A stretch of 64,000 nucleotides of DNA from Patescibacteria group bacterium (GTDB lineage Bacteria > Patescibacteriota > Patescibacteriia > UBA1558 > GWA2-36-10). How positions within the stretch are numbered: position 1 is the first letter of the stretch; each line of letters starts with the position of its first letter. The notes under the pieces are model-generated. The model saw only the letters and a list, made by a program, of their open reading frames with translations. It ran no database searches and was not told the origin of the DNA. This document shows, one piece after another, positions 10,301-19,766 of the stretch. The translations under genes were made by a program, and so were the position numbers. The DNA lies in contig JAHJQF010000001.1 in the NCBI GenBank assembly GCA_018819405.1, positions 817,469 through 881,468 on the forward strand. Direction: 5' to 3'.

Positions 10301-12319
10301 TTATCTGGCTAAAATATCAAAATTGTAACCGGTCTTGTCGTTTTCATTTCTGAGATAAACATTACTCTTTTCAGTACCGTCACTGTCATAAATACGAAGT
10401 AGTGCGGAGCTACCCCGACCAGGTAAGACCAATATCTCCGGCAGATTATCTCCCGAAATATCTTTGGCCAAAACTTTTACCCCACTAAACAAATATTTAC
10501 TAAAAGATAAAAATTCACTCTTTAAGGTGCCCCTCATACTAAAAAGTTTTATCTGGGGAGGATACAACCTAGCTGGTGCGGTGACAATTTCCGGCCAATG
10601 ATCTGCATTGACGTCACCAATAGAAATATTTACACCCGCTGTCATATCTTTGTCGTAGGCTAAAAAGCTAGCTTTTTGTCTATTTTCATAATTGAAAACT
10701 TTTATTTCAGGTATATAATTGCTAGCTGGTGCGGTGACAATCTCATCCTTTTCGTCGTTGTTGACATCGCCCAAAGCGACATTGACCCCACCGGCAAAAG
10801 CAGCATCATAAGCAAAAAATTCGTAAAGCAAATTACCTTGATAATCAAAAACTCTGATGTGTGGCCCGCCACCAGCCATAGGCGCAGTGACAATTTCTAG
10901 TGTTCCATTACCATCTACATCTCCGGTAGCAATATTTACTCCCCCTGTAAAGTTGGCATCATAAGCAAAAAATTCTGACTGAACATTACCATGAATATCA
11001 AAAACTCTGATATGTGGCCCGCCACCAGCCATAGGCGCAGTGACAATATTTTCCAGACCATCACCTGTTACATCTGATACCAGCACATTTACACCTCCTC
11101 GAAAACCAGCATTATAAGCTAAAAACCAACTTTCTAAATTGCCCTCAGTATCCATTATCAAGACTTCCGGCGGCAAACCTTTCAAAGGAGTAACTACAAT
11201 TTTTATAGAATCATTATAATAATGATCAGCCAGATTAAGAGCAGCCCCTACATCGACTAAGCCGGCGCCCAAATCTATATGATGAAGTGGATTGGATTCG
11301 CGTAAATCTTGAGCACTAGCTAGAATAATACTATATATATCATAAGGCCTCAGATCAGGATACTGACTTTTTATCAAAGCTGCTGTTGCCGAAATAATCG
11401 GAGCAGCGACTGAAGTTCCACTCCAGCCTCCCTGATAGTTATGATAAAAATTTCTGTCTGAAGAATTATAATAAGTCGTAGAATAAAAATCTGTACCCGG
11501 AGCTGAAATATCAATACACTGTTCACCATAATTGGTAAATTCGGTCATCTGCTTATTTTCATCTACTGCCGCGACACCTAAAACACGGTTAACATCATCT
11601 ATATCACAGACTGGATAACGAGGATCAATATCTAAGCTTATTCCAACACTTTCCTCGTTGCCAGAAGCCGCTACTATCATTACACCTTTATTGTAAGCAT
11701 TAATGATAGAAGTATTGAGTGGCTCGCCCAAAAACTCGCCAACCAAACTAAGATTGATTATATCTGCACCATTTTCTACGGCATAATCAATGGCCTGAGA
11801 CAAAACCAGAGTATTACCTACTCCTTTGGCATCCAAAATGCGAAGCGGCATAATCTTAGCATTTGGAGCAATACCTACTATACCGGTATTATTTATTCCG
11901 GCCGCAATAATTCCTGCCACCACGGTGCCATGATTTATAGCTGTGTAGTCATAATCTTTATCCAAAGTTGGCTCTGGATCGTTGTCAGAAGAAACAAAAT
12001 CCCAGCCATGGACATCATCAATAAAGCTATTATTGTCATTGTCTATCCCATCACCAGGTATCTCACCCGGATTTATCCAGATATTATTTTTCAAATCAGG
12101 GTGCTCCAAATAAACACCTGAATCAAGAATTGCTACTACTACTTCTTTGTTAGTTTTTAGCTCATTAGACCAAGATGGGCCTATATTTATATAGTTCAAA
12201 TATGATTGATAAACCAAGTTGGGGTCTGTTGGTGTATAATCTTGAGTAAAAGCTTGCACTGTGTTGGCCAAAAATAACAAAAATATGGCAAAAACAGCAA
12301 TTTTTTTATTTGTTTTCAC
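10301..12319 (-). CDS. Secreted S8 subtilase with C-terminal FG-GAP-like repeats
   Basis: Signal peptide; triad motifs AILDSG, HGTVVAG, GTSVAAP; about 51-aa repeats FFAYD..GGVNxxxGDVxGxG..EIVTAP..GGGPHIRVFD. Confidence 0.92.
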   Translation of the reverse strand: MKTNKKIAVFAIFLLFLANTVQAFTQDYTPTDPNLVYQSYLNYINIGPSWSNELKTNKEVVVAILDSGVYLEHPDLKNNIWINPGEIPGDGIDNDNNSFIDDVHGWDFVSSDNDPEPTLDKDYDYTAINHGTVVAGIIAAGINNTGIVGIAPNAKIMPLRILDAKGVGNTLVLSQAIDYAVENGADIINLSLVGEFLGEPLNTSIINAYNKGVMIVAASGNEESVGISLDIDPRYPVCDIDDVNRVLGVAAVDENKQMTEFTNYGEQCIDISAPGTDFYSTTYYNSSDRNFYHNYQGGWSGTSVAAPIISATAALIKSQYPDLRPYDIYSIILASAQDLRESNPLHHIDLGAGLVDVGAALNLADHYYNDSIKIVVTPLKGLPPEVLIMDTEGNLESWFLAYNAGFRGGVNVLVSDVTGDGLENIVTAPMAGGGPHIRVFDIHGNVQSEFFAYDANFTGGVNIATGDVDGNGTLEIVTAPMAGGGPHIRVFDYQGNLLYEFFAYDAAFAGGVNVALGDVNNDEKDEIVTAPASNYIPEIKVFNYENRQKASFLAYDKDMTAGVNISIGDVNADHWPEIVTAPARLYPPQIKLFSMRGTLKSEFLSFSKYLFSGVKVLAKDISGDNLPEILVLPGRGSSALLRIYDSDGTEKSNVYLRNENDKTGYNFDILAR

Positions 12320-12512
12320 AAGTAAATTTTGATTAATTATTTTACCAAATTTAAAAATTTATGGTACTAAATATAGTAAAATATCACCATTTTTTTGAGT
12401 ATTATTTTTACTATAATTTCTAAATTGGCTTACTAAATTATAACAGAATTCAAATGTAATAACAAGATGATTTTTGTATTTATAAAGTCAAAAAATACTA
12501 GATTATTTGATA

Positions 12513-12541
12513 TTGACAAAATCATAAATATATGATATAAA
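12513..12541 (+). promoter_or_regulatory. Sigma70-type promoter
   Basis: TTGACA-17 nt-TATAAA with TGn extension. Confidence 0.65.
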
Positions 12542-12598
12542 AAATAGTCCCAAGTTGTCCTGAAACTCCCTACAACACACAACAGGAGGAAAATAATC

Positions 12599-12877
12599 GT
12601 GACAACTTCGAAGGTAAGACTGCTGCCACAGGGGCGGGTATTTCTGGAGGAGTTGATCCGACTCAGGATCAGCAAACGATACGACCTCGACGAAGTAGTC
12701 GAAAAGTTGAACGCCGCTATCAGCGGGCGCAAATTCAACGGCTGTTGGGCCTTCATCGAGTTCGGCATCGCCGCTACCGACCCCCAGGTGATCTGTCTGC
12801 AGTTCACGCAGGACGGACAACCGGGTACGTTCACGTTCTCACAAGAGAACATTGACAACATCCTGGCTGAATACTGA
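12599..12877 (+). CDS. Orphan small protein in a GC-rich cassette
   Basis: AGGAGG SD before GTG, GC3-rich codons, own promoter and terminator. Confidence 0.75.
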   Translation: MTTSKVRLLPQGRVFLEELIRLRISKRYDLDEVVEKLNAAISGRKFNGCWAFIEFGIAATDPQVICLQFTQDGQPGTFTFSQENIDNILAEY

Positions 12878-12911
12878 CATACGTCAGCCAGACAACTATG
12901 GCAACATGCCA

Positions 12912-12941
12912 AAAAGGACCACGCTTCAGCGAGGTCCTTTT
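12912..12941. terminator. Bidirectional intrinsic terminator
   Basis: AAAAGGACCACGC-TTCA-GCGAGGTCCTTTT between convergent genes. Confidence 0.75.
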
Positions 12942-12955
12942 CTTATTTTAATTTT

Positions 12956-13996
12956 CTAAGCTGCCGCTTTCAAATTTTCTATTTCCCCTATAAAACTATC
13001 AATATCTAATAACTCCATTTTTCTTTTTATCTCCGCTTGCATAAAAGGAGTTTGTCCGGCAAAATCATCAGATTCTATATAAATATTCATTTGTTCTTTT
13101 ATCTCTTTCAAAACCTTGAGAGTCCTGTTTATCTGTTCTCTTTCCCCTTTTGGCAAAACTTGAGATATAGGAGCTAATCCATCATTTCGTTGGGATTTGG
13201 CATATTGATTAGGACTCTGGCCAGCTTGTCTGGCTTTTTGAGCTCTGATTTCCAAAAGTTTTTGCATATAACTCATACCTGACAACTTGTCTATATAATC
13301 ATCCAAATCTTCCTGAATAAAAACTCTAAAAATAGCGCCTGCCTCTGGATTTTCAGGAAAAAATCTAATCGGATCCTTAGTAATATGTCTTTTTTTATCA
13401 GAAAAAGATCTTTGAATACCAATTATTATTTTTTCTCCCTCTTCATCTCCTTGAGTGGATAAACTAGTAGAATCAAACTCCAATATTTCATCTATACCAT
13501 CCAAATAATCCTGCCTTGGTCTTGCCTCCTTAGCTTCCAAACCATCAATACCCAAATCATTGATTATTTTTGTAAACACAGGGCTATGGTTACGTGCTGT
13601 TTCCTGCTGAAGATTATCATACGAAGCCCCTTCATGAGTAAATTTCTGGTGTTGGCGTATAGAAGCTGCTGTGCGATTATCAACTGACTTTTGATGAAGA
13701 TCTCTCAAAAGATCCTGTAGATTTTTATCCGGCTCCTCTTTTTTGGTTTTAAAAAACCAATCGTACTTTACCCCGATACGTTGTAAATACTCACCAAAAG
13801 TCATAGTCTGATTTTTGGCGGACAAGACTACTTCCACTTCATCATTTTCACGTGGAATAGCAGAAAATTCCCCCAATATACGTGGATGTACAACTTCATG
13901 AAAACGACCTTTTATATCATGAAAATTTATTGTCTCAAAGGTTTTTTCTTGTTCTTGGGCATTTATTTCTTGAGATTTCATTTCTAAAGTTTCCAT
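12956..13996 (-). CDS. Hypothetical charged protein
   Basis: 346-aa ORF with host-like codon use; no motif recognised. Confidence 0.75.
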   Translation of the reverse strand: METLEMKSQEINAQEQEKTFETINFHDIKGRFHEVVHPRILGEFSAIPRENDEVEVVLSAKNQTMTFGEYLQRIGVKYDWFFKTKKEEPDKNLQDLLRDLHQKSVDNRTAASIRQHQKFTHEGASYDNLQQETARNHSPVFTKIINDLGIDGLEAKEARPRQDYLDGIDEILEFDSTSLSTQGDEEGEKIIIGIQRSFSDKKRHITKDPIRFFPENPEAGAIFRVFIQEDLDDYIDKLSGMSYMQKLLEIRAQKARQAGQSPNQYAKSQRNDGLAPISQVLPKGEREQINRTLKVLKEIKEQMNIYIESDDFAGQTPFMQAEIKRKMELLDIDSFIGEIENLKAAA

Positions 13997-14069
13997 ATAT
14001 AAATATTATATTTTTAAAACTATCCATACTATATTATGGATAGACAAAATATTCAAGTGCTATATTTTA

Positions 14070-15086
14070 TTAATTAGCATTTCTAAATAAAGATCGGGCA
14101 AGATACCAATATTCTGAATGCCCTTTTTCTTTTTGGACATACCACCACTCCACTCCCCACAAATAAGCTTGCCTAAAATCTGTATTTATTGCAAATTGTA
14201 AGTTGGCTTCAAATTGCTCCACTGAAAAAGACTTGTTATATTCCTTGAAATCAAGATCAGCCAAAGTACCATTTGGTACCCATGGTTCAGTCTGAAGCTC
14301 GCTAATAATTGACGAATGCTTATTTATACCAAACAAATCAGCCTTAAAACCATAAAACCAGTCAGGAATTGGATACCTGACATATCTAAACCAGGGATTC
14401 CATACTACCCGATACATCGTAGTGGCAAATATATCAGCTAGCTGCCCTTCCTGACGCCAAGAGCTCAACTCGCCGGAGGCAGAGATAATGATTGGTCGGT
14501 CATCCAAACTTTTTACCAATTCTATTTCTTGTTTCAAAAACTGCTTATCACCTTTTGGGCATTTGCCAAACCAATCAAGCAAAGGTTCATTTTCTACTTG
14601 CCAAGCCACAATTTCCGGCCGGTCTTTGTATCTATTCACCAGCCTCTCAAGCAACAATAAAGTCTGCCCTTTGATATCATTTATTTCATCGTTGTTCAAC
14701 CAGACCGGATTATGACATTCCGGCCAACGTGGCAAACGCCAGCCGATATTGGCGATAAACTTTACATTTCTTTTGGCGCCCTCATCAAATATATAATCAT
14801 AATCATCAAAGACAAAGACACCCTCTTCTTTTTCTATCTGGTCCCAATATATAGGTATGCGTATATTTTTCACTTCCAAATCATCCAAAACTTCTACGTA
14901 TACCTCTTTCCAGTCCAAACCCAGCTCAGTAGCAAATTTTGGTGAATAAGTCAGCCCCCAATAATTTTCTTTGGCCTCCAAATCAATCTTAGTCGGATAA
15001 TGACTATCTATCTTAAAAGACCACAATAATATCAATATAATTACGAGTGGTATCCAATATCTTTTTTTTATTTTTATCTTTTTCAT
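14070..15086 (-). CDS. Membrane-anchored clan GH-A glycoside hydrolase (GH5/GH42-like)
   Basis: N-terminal TM; WQVENEP acid/base; ISELQTEPW nucleophile region. Confidence 0.75.
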   Translation of the reverse strand: MKKIKIKKRYWIPLVIILILLWSFKIDSHYPTKIDLEAKENYWGLTYSPKFATELGLDWKEVYVEVLDDLEVKNIRIPIYWDQIEKEEGVFVFDDYDYIFDEGAKRNVKFIANIGWRLPRWPECHNPVWLNNDEINDIKGQTLLLLERLVNRYKDRPEIVAWQVENEPLLDWFGKCPKGDKQFLKQEIELVKSLDDRPIIISASGELSSWRQEGQLADIFATTMYRVVWNPWFRYVRYPIPDWFYGFKADLFGINKHSSIISELQTEPWVPNGTLADLDFKEYNKSFSVEQFEANLQFAINTDFRQAYLWGVEWWYVQKEKGHSEYWYLARSLFRNAN

Positions 15087-15094
15087 TATAAAAA

Positions 15095-16033
15095 TTAAAT
15101 AGCCATAAAGTATAAACCCAAAGCTATAAAAATAATGGCTAGCACTTTTTTGGACAGACGCCCATGACCATAATCTTCTTTTGCTATCTTAGGATAAAAA
15201 AATGTAAGCAGACCACTAAATAGCAACACCAAAGCATATTGTAAACCTTGTAGGGATGTCACCAGAGCTACAGAACCCAGAGCTACAGCATAATTTTGTA
15301 AAACAGAGCCCAACGCTCCCATACCCTGCGTACCTACATAAATAAATTTATTATTTTTTTGTTTATTTGATTTTTTTATTTCTGAAAATATTTCCTGCCG
15401 AGAAGATTGTTTTATAAGTAAAAATAAAACCGTCAAAAATGTACCGATTCTGACCCAGATAAATCCACTGACAAATTCTTGAGTATTATAAACTTGCTTG
15501 GTACCAACCCAAAAAAGAGCAAAAAATAAAGCGGCTATAATAGTAGAAAAAATACTCGGTAGTTGATATGGATCTAAAATATTTAAAAACTTTCTAATAT
15601 TAAACCAAATATTATGATGAACCGAAGTCCTAGAAATTATTATAGTACCTGATATCAAAAATAAAATAGCCAGCCATTGATAATTGCTGAATTTTTCTGC
15701 AAACAAAAGTAGAGAAAATAACACTGTAAAAACCGGTACCATACCGCCTACCAAAGTAAAAATCCGACTGGCTTCACCACCTTTGAGACCACGGTACAAA
15801 AAAAACAAACCACCGGCAAAAAAAGATCCCACCAAACAGTCAAAGAAAAACAAACCCCAGCCCGGCCAAGTCAAAAACCAAGGTGCTAGCAAGACCACTG
15901 CTACTCCGGTAGCGCCCACCAAAAATGTATAAGTCTTCGGACCAGGTATGACATTTTCCAAAATAAATTTATCAGCCACATTGACCAAACCCAGTACAAA
16001 ATAAGCTAAAATGGCAACTAGCAGCCAACTCAT
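15095..16033 (-). CDS. EamA/DMT family transporter
   Basis: Ten TM segments in two repeats; GEASR, LFAEKF. Confidence 0.8.
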   Translation of the reverse strand: MSWLLVAILAYFVLGLVNVADKFILENVIPGPKTYTFLVGATGVAVVLLAPWFLTWPGWGLFFFDCLVGSFFAGGLFFLYRGLKGGEASRIFTLVGGMVPVFTVLFSLLLFAEKFSNYQWLAILFLISGTIIISRTSVHHNIWFNIRKFLNILDPYQLPSIFSTIIAALFFALFWVGTKQVYNTQEFVSGFIWVRIGTFLTVLFLLIKQSSRQEIFSEIKKSNKQKNNKFIYVGTQGMGALGSVLQNYAVALGSVALVTSLQGLQYALVLLFSGLLTFFYPKIAKEDYGHGRLSKKVLAIIFIALGLYFMAI

Positions 16034-17361
16034 ATATTATCTATTACTTCTTTTAAATTTCGCATCACTTTAGAATCATATTCCTGCCAACTGATAAAAC
16101 TAGCCGCTTTGAGAGCACTGAGAGATTTACTGTCTTCATTTTGGTATTTGCGTGGATAATTATTTTCCAAATCCCCATTATCCAATACATAAATATCATA
16201 CTGCTTAAGTGCTCGAATTAGTTCTGTATCATGTAAAGGCGCCAATTTTATATTCAGATCTCTCATCAAATCTCTAAGGTGCTGGGTTTTCATGACGTCA
16301 CGATCCAAAACTACCATAAAAGGTATTTTAAAAGTAGTCAAAATATCTATATAAATTTGCATATTACCCTTGCCGTCAGTCTGGATTACTTTGACATCTT
16401 TGCTGCCCTGATAAAACTTATCTATCAAACCTCTAAAAAGCAAGCGATCTGATACTCCTTCTACTAAAATTACCTTATCCGTAAAAAACATCTCTAGATT
16501 ATCGGCATTGAGCTCCTGGATAAGACGCTTATAATTGTAATGCCCCTCTATAGTAAAAGCTCTGGTATGATTATTATTATCTTTTTCTACTCTGACAAGT
16601 TGGGGTAAAGTGGCCGGAGTTATAAACAAGGGACTATGGGTAGAAAAAATTATCTGTCCAGCATTGGCATTTTGAATAGCCCAAAGTAATTTTTTTACCA
16701 TAGCCGGATGAAGGTGAGTCTCCGGCTCATTTATCATTACCACTGAATATTTTGGATGAAAAATATAAAGCAAGATTGTAAAAATCTGCCGGAAACCGGA
16801 ACCAAGTCTATCAATAGTGGCTTTTCTCTTGCCTTCAATAATACCCTCATTTTCATAACGAACATCCATGGCATTTTTGGTGGCTGATATTTTGGGAAAA
16901 TGATGTTTAAGATAAGACCGAAAATTTTCCAGATTACTGGGGAAATTAAAAAGTGAATGATAATCCAATTCTATTTGCTGGTAGTCATGAAAATTAACAT
17001 AGTCCAATCTCTTGACCTGTGAAGACAACAAAACAGACAAAGCTTTATTGTAAGTTATTTCTTTGTCAACAAATCTTAGATGTCGCTGACCGTTTTTTAA
17101 AATAAATCTAGCTGACTTTTCCGGAAATTGATTTTTGATTTGCTCATCGCTGTCAAACTCCAAATCAAGCTCTATATCAGCTTTGTCGTAAACAAGATTT
17201 TTATCCGTAAATGCCCCATCAAAAACAAACTCAATAGCATCTAAAATATTACTCTTACCACTATTATTTTGCCCAATAAAAATAGCCACCTGATTAAAAT
17301 CTAAAATCATCGGCTCTTTGATGCTTTTATAATAATTGATGGTTATTTTTTTTATAGTCAT
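16030..17361 (-). CDS. OLD-family ATP-dependent nuclease (ABC ATPase + TOPRIM)
   Basis: GQNNSGKS, LGSGF, INEPETHLHP, STHSP, ILVEGVSD, VLDRD. Confidence 0.88.
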   Translation of the reverse strand: MTIKKITINYYKSIKEPMILDFNQVAIFIGQNNSGKSNILDAIEFVFDGAFTDKNLVYDKADIELDLEFDSDEQIKNQFPEKSARFILKNGQRHLRFVDKEITYNKALSVLLSSQVKRLDYVNFHDYQQIELDYHSLFNFPSNLENFRSYLKHHFPKISATKNAMDVRYENEGIIEGKRKATIDRLGSGFRQIFTILLYIFHPKYSVVMINEPETHLHPAMVKKLLWAIQNANAGQIIFSTHSPLFITPATLPQLVRVEKDNNNHTRAFTIEGHYNYKRLIQELNADNLEMFFTDKVILVEGVSDRLLFRGLIDKFYQGSKDVKVIQTDGKGNMQIYIDILTTFKIPFMVVLDRDVMKTQHLRDLMRDLNIKLAPLHDTELIRALKQYDIYVLDNGDLENNYPRKYQNEDSKSLSALKAASFISWQEYDSKVMRNLKEVIDNI

Positions 17362-17362
17362 A

Positions 17363-18709
17363 CTACAAGAGGTGTACTTCGTCTATCTCACTTATTTTAT
17401 TACGTAATACTATATTTTCTATATGATAGGTGCCCATTTTAGGAGCATCTAAAAATCCTTCCATAGCCGCTTCAGCCAGCCAGCCAGAGTTGAGCCAGTC
17501 AAACAGCCATTCATCCACATAATTTGGATCCATGCTGTCTACACCCGCCCCGATAGCCAACAACCAACCTCGATTGTACCTTTCCTGATAGCCAATCGGC
17601 TCAGTCATAATAATAGGCAATCCCAAAGCACTATAAAAAGTAAGCTCTGACGGTTTGGTCCACAAAATATCTGTCTTTCTCAAGAGTTTATTAAATATTT
17701 TAAAATAATCCATTTTGTCCTCAGCATAAATCAATTGGACATTTTCACAATTCCCTAGACCACAACTTTTGACTACACTCTGATAGTAAATATAAACATC
17801 ATTTCTAACTCCGGCAATGAGGTTTAGCCTTATTTCTCCTGCTTTGAGGTATTTGTGTAGCCTTTTTAAAATAATTACTCCAATATCACGCTGAGCACCA
17901 GCTCCACCGACAGCAAAAGTAATACTCAATGGCCGTTTGGGATTTTTTATATTTTTGACAGGACCAAGATAATCTTCTATCAATTTGGCATATTTTTTTC
18001 TATAAATACCCCTAGGGTCAAGTTTAAATATTCTGGCGCTCAAATCACTACGAAGTATCTTTTGAGCGCTGCCACCGATATTTTCTTTTGGCAAGGGAAA
18101 ACCTGTCACATAAATTTTTTCTGGACGCACACCATAGAGTTTTAATCTTTGCTTCACTCGCTTATTTGGAACCAAATATTTAATCCTACTTTTACCCGGA
18201 TAAAAAGGTGCCCAAGCACGAGCCACATCAGCATCGCAAACTATCAAATATATATCTCCTTTGTAACCATGATGCTCCGCAAAGTAAGCTGGTACAAAAA
18301 AAGTAGTTAAAAATGGCAATGGCTTGTCATAATTTTTGGGAATACGCTGATTGAGCTCTTCCACCAAATGACGCCCCAGTCCACCTTTGACTTGATTGAA
18401 AAAATATTTTTGTTGCTGAGAATTTTTGGACAAATCCCTTTGTGGATAAAGCGGCTCTATTTTTTGAAAATTATCCATTATTTTAAAAGCCGTAGTGCCC
18501 AAAAATGGTACTTTTTTGAAACGAGATATTATTTCATACCATCTGCGTCCGCTGTTCCACTGTTTTTCCTCGCTTCTACTAATACCCTGATAATGATTGG
18601 CATTAGTAATACCACGATAAGCACTCTCCAAAAAAGGATAAGCCGCGCGCTGATGACCGTAGCCCATATCAACTGCCACTACGTGCATCAATTCTTTTTG
18701 TTTTGACAT
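17363..18709 (-). CDS. GT-B fold glycosyltransferase-like protein (MGDG synthase/MurG-like)
   Basis: DMGYGHQRAA, VTGFP, DILWTKPSE, PIGYQERYN. Confidence 0.65.
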   Translation of the reverse strand: MSKQKELMHVVAVDMGYGHQRAAYPFLESAYRGITNANHYQGISRSEEKQWNSGRRWYEIISRFKKVPFLGTTAFKIMDNFQKIEPLYPQRDLSKNSQQQKYFFNQVKGGLGRHLVEELNQRIPKNYDKPLPFLTTFFVPAYFAEHHGYKGDIYLIVCDADVARAWAPFYPGKSRIKYLVPNKRVKQRLKLYGVRPEKIYVTGFPLPKENIGGSAQKILRSDLSARIFKLDPRGIYRKKYAKLIEDYLGPVKNIKNPKRPLSITFAVGGAGAQRDIGVIILKRLHKYLKAGEIRLNLIAGVRNDVYIYYQSVVKSCGLGNCENVQLIYAEDKMDYFKIFNKLLRKTDILWTKPSELTFYSALGLPIIMTEPIGYQERYNRGWLLAIGAGVDSMDPNYVDEWLFDWLNSGWLAEAAMEGFLDAPKMGTYHIENIVLRNKISEIDEVHLL

Positions 18710-18746
18710 TTTTATTTTTATTTACTCTCCTACTAAAAAGATTCGT

Positions 18747-18824
18747 CTAATTTCTAATATTAGATATTTCTTTACCAGCTTTGCGGCGGTGTTTTTTCTT
18801 GGCTAATTTCTTTTTCTTATTCAC
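18747..18824 (-). CDS. Putative 25-aa highly basic microprotein
   Basis: GTG start: MNKKKKLAKKKHRRKAGKEISNIRN*; start abuts the repeat motif. Confidence 0.45.
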   Translation of the reverse strand: MNKKKKLAKKKHRRKAGKEISNIRN

Positions 18825-18937
18825 TTTGTTAGACCTGTTAAAAATTAATTAAAAGGCGTTAAAAAATAGACTTCTAAGTAGCCCCTCTAAGGTTTATAGT
18901 ATTATTATACCACAAATTACTATCATAAACCAAAAAA

Positions 18938-19114
18938 TTATTTATCAGTTATCTTATTTAAAATATAAACAAAAATTAATCCATAAAAATAATATTCTAA
19001 ACTTATAAAACGATTTACCATACCAGTATTAAAAACTTCCATGAATAAAAGAATTATCCATGTAAAAAATGCTATCTGAAAAAAATCATTTAAAATAAGA
19101 TGTAAAGTTTTCAT
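18938..19114 (-). CDS. 58-aa two-TM membrane protein
   Basis: MKTLHLILNDFFQIAFFTWIILLFMEVFNTGMVNRFISLEYYFYGLIFVYILNKITDK*; below the ORF-track cutoff. Confidence 0.65.
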   Translation of the reverse strand: MKTLHLILNDFFQIAFFTWIILLFMEVFNTGMVNRFISLEYYFYGLIFVYILNKITDK

Positions 19115-19175
19115 CCCATTAGACCCGTTAAAAATTAATTAAATAAGTATTTTTATATTTTAATTTATTTCTAAA
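19112..19175. repeat. Dispersed repeat, near-identical to 48686-48749
   Basis: CATCCCATTAGACCCGTTAAAAATTAATTAAATAAGTATTTTTAT versus CATCCCGTTAGACCCATTAAAAATTAATTAAATAAATATTTTTAT; shorter copy at 18822-18853. Confidence 0.85.
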
Positions 19176-19186
19176 TTCAACAGAAA

Positions 19187-19702
19187 TTATCTTTTAAGTA
19201 TTATTTGCCAATTGTTTATTAGACTTACTACCGAAGTATCTGATATATTAGGTAAAGATAAAATAATCTCCAGTTGATTATTTTTTGTCAGAGCATCAGC
19301 TAGGGCAAAAGTCAAAGAAAAATTATTGTTGGCTATATTTTTCCATTGCCAAGATCCGTCTTTTTGGCGTAGACCAATATTTATTTCTGTCGCTTCATCA
19401 AAATAAAAACTACCCTCTATAGTCATCATATCAAAATCAACTGGTGTATAAATTTTCATATAAATTGGTTCGCCTAGGATATCAAAAGTTTGACCTTCCA
19501 AACGATCAAAAACTGGAGTCAATCTAGATTCCGGATACCAGCCTCTTATATCACGGCTAAGAGATTGCGAAAAATCCAAATGATATTTCAAATCACGCTT
19601 TGTATAAATCCCTTTATTCAATATAAACAAAAGTAAAAGAAGGGAAAAAATCAGCCAAATATAACGAAAAACCTTAACTATTGAATTTTTATCTAAAGTC
19701 AT
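19187..19702 (-). CDS. Hypothetical membrane-anchored protein
   Basis: N-terminal TM helix followed by a soluble domain. Confidence 0.7.
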   Translation of the reverse strand: MTLDKNSIVKVFRYIWLIFSLLLLLFILNKGIYTKRDLKYHLDFSQSLSRDIRGWYPESRLTPVFDRLEGQTFDILGEPIYMKIYTPVDFDMMTIEGSFYFDEATEINIGLRQKDGSWQWKNIANNNFSLTFALADALTKNNQLEIILSLPNISDTSVVSLINNWQIILKR

Positions 19703-19766
19703 ATATATATATTTTAGCAGAAACTTTACTATTTACCAAAGTATTTGCTAAAATAAAGTCAAGATT

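Noticed and set aside
12433-12912. Minus-strand ORFs (159 and 105 aa)
   Set aside because: Promoter, SD and terminator all support the plus-strand 92-aa ORF.
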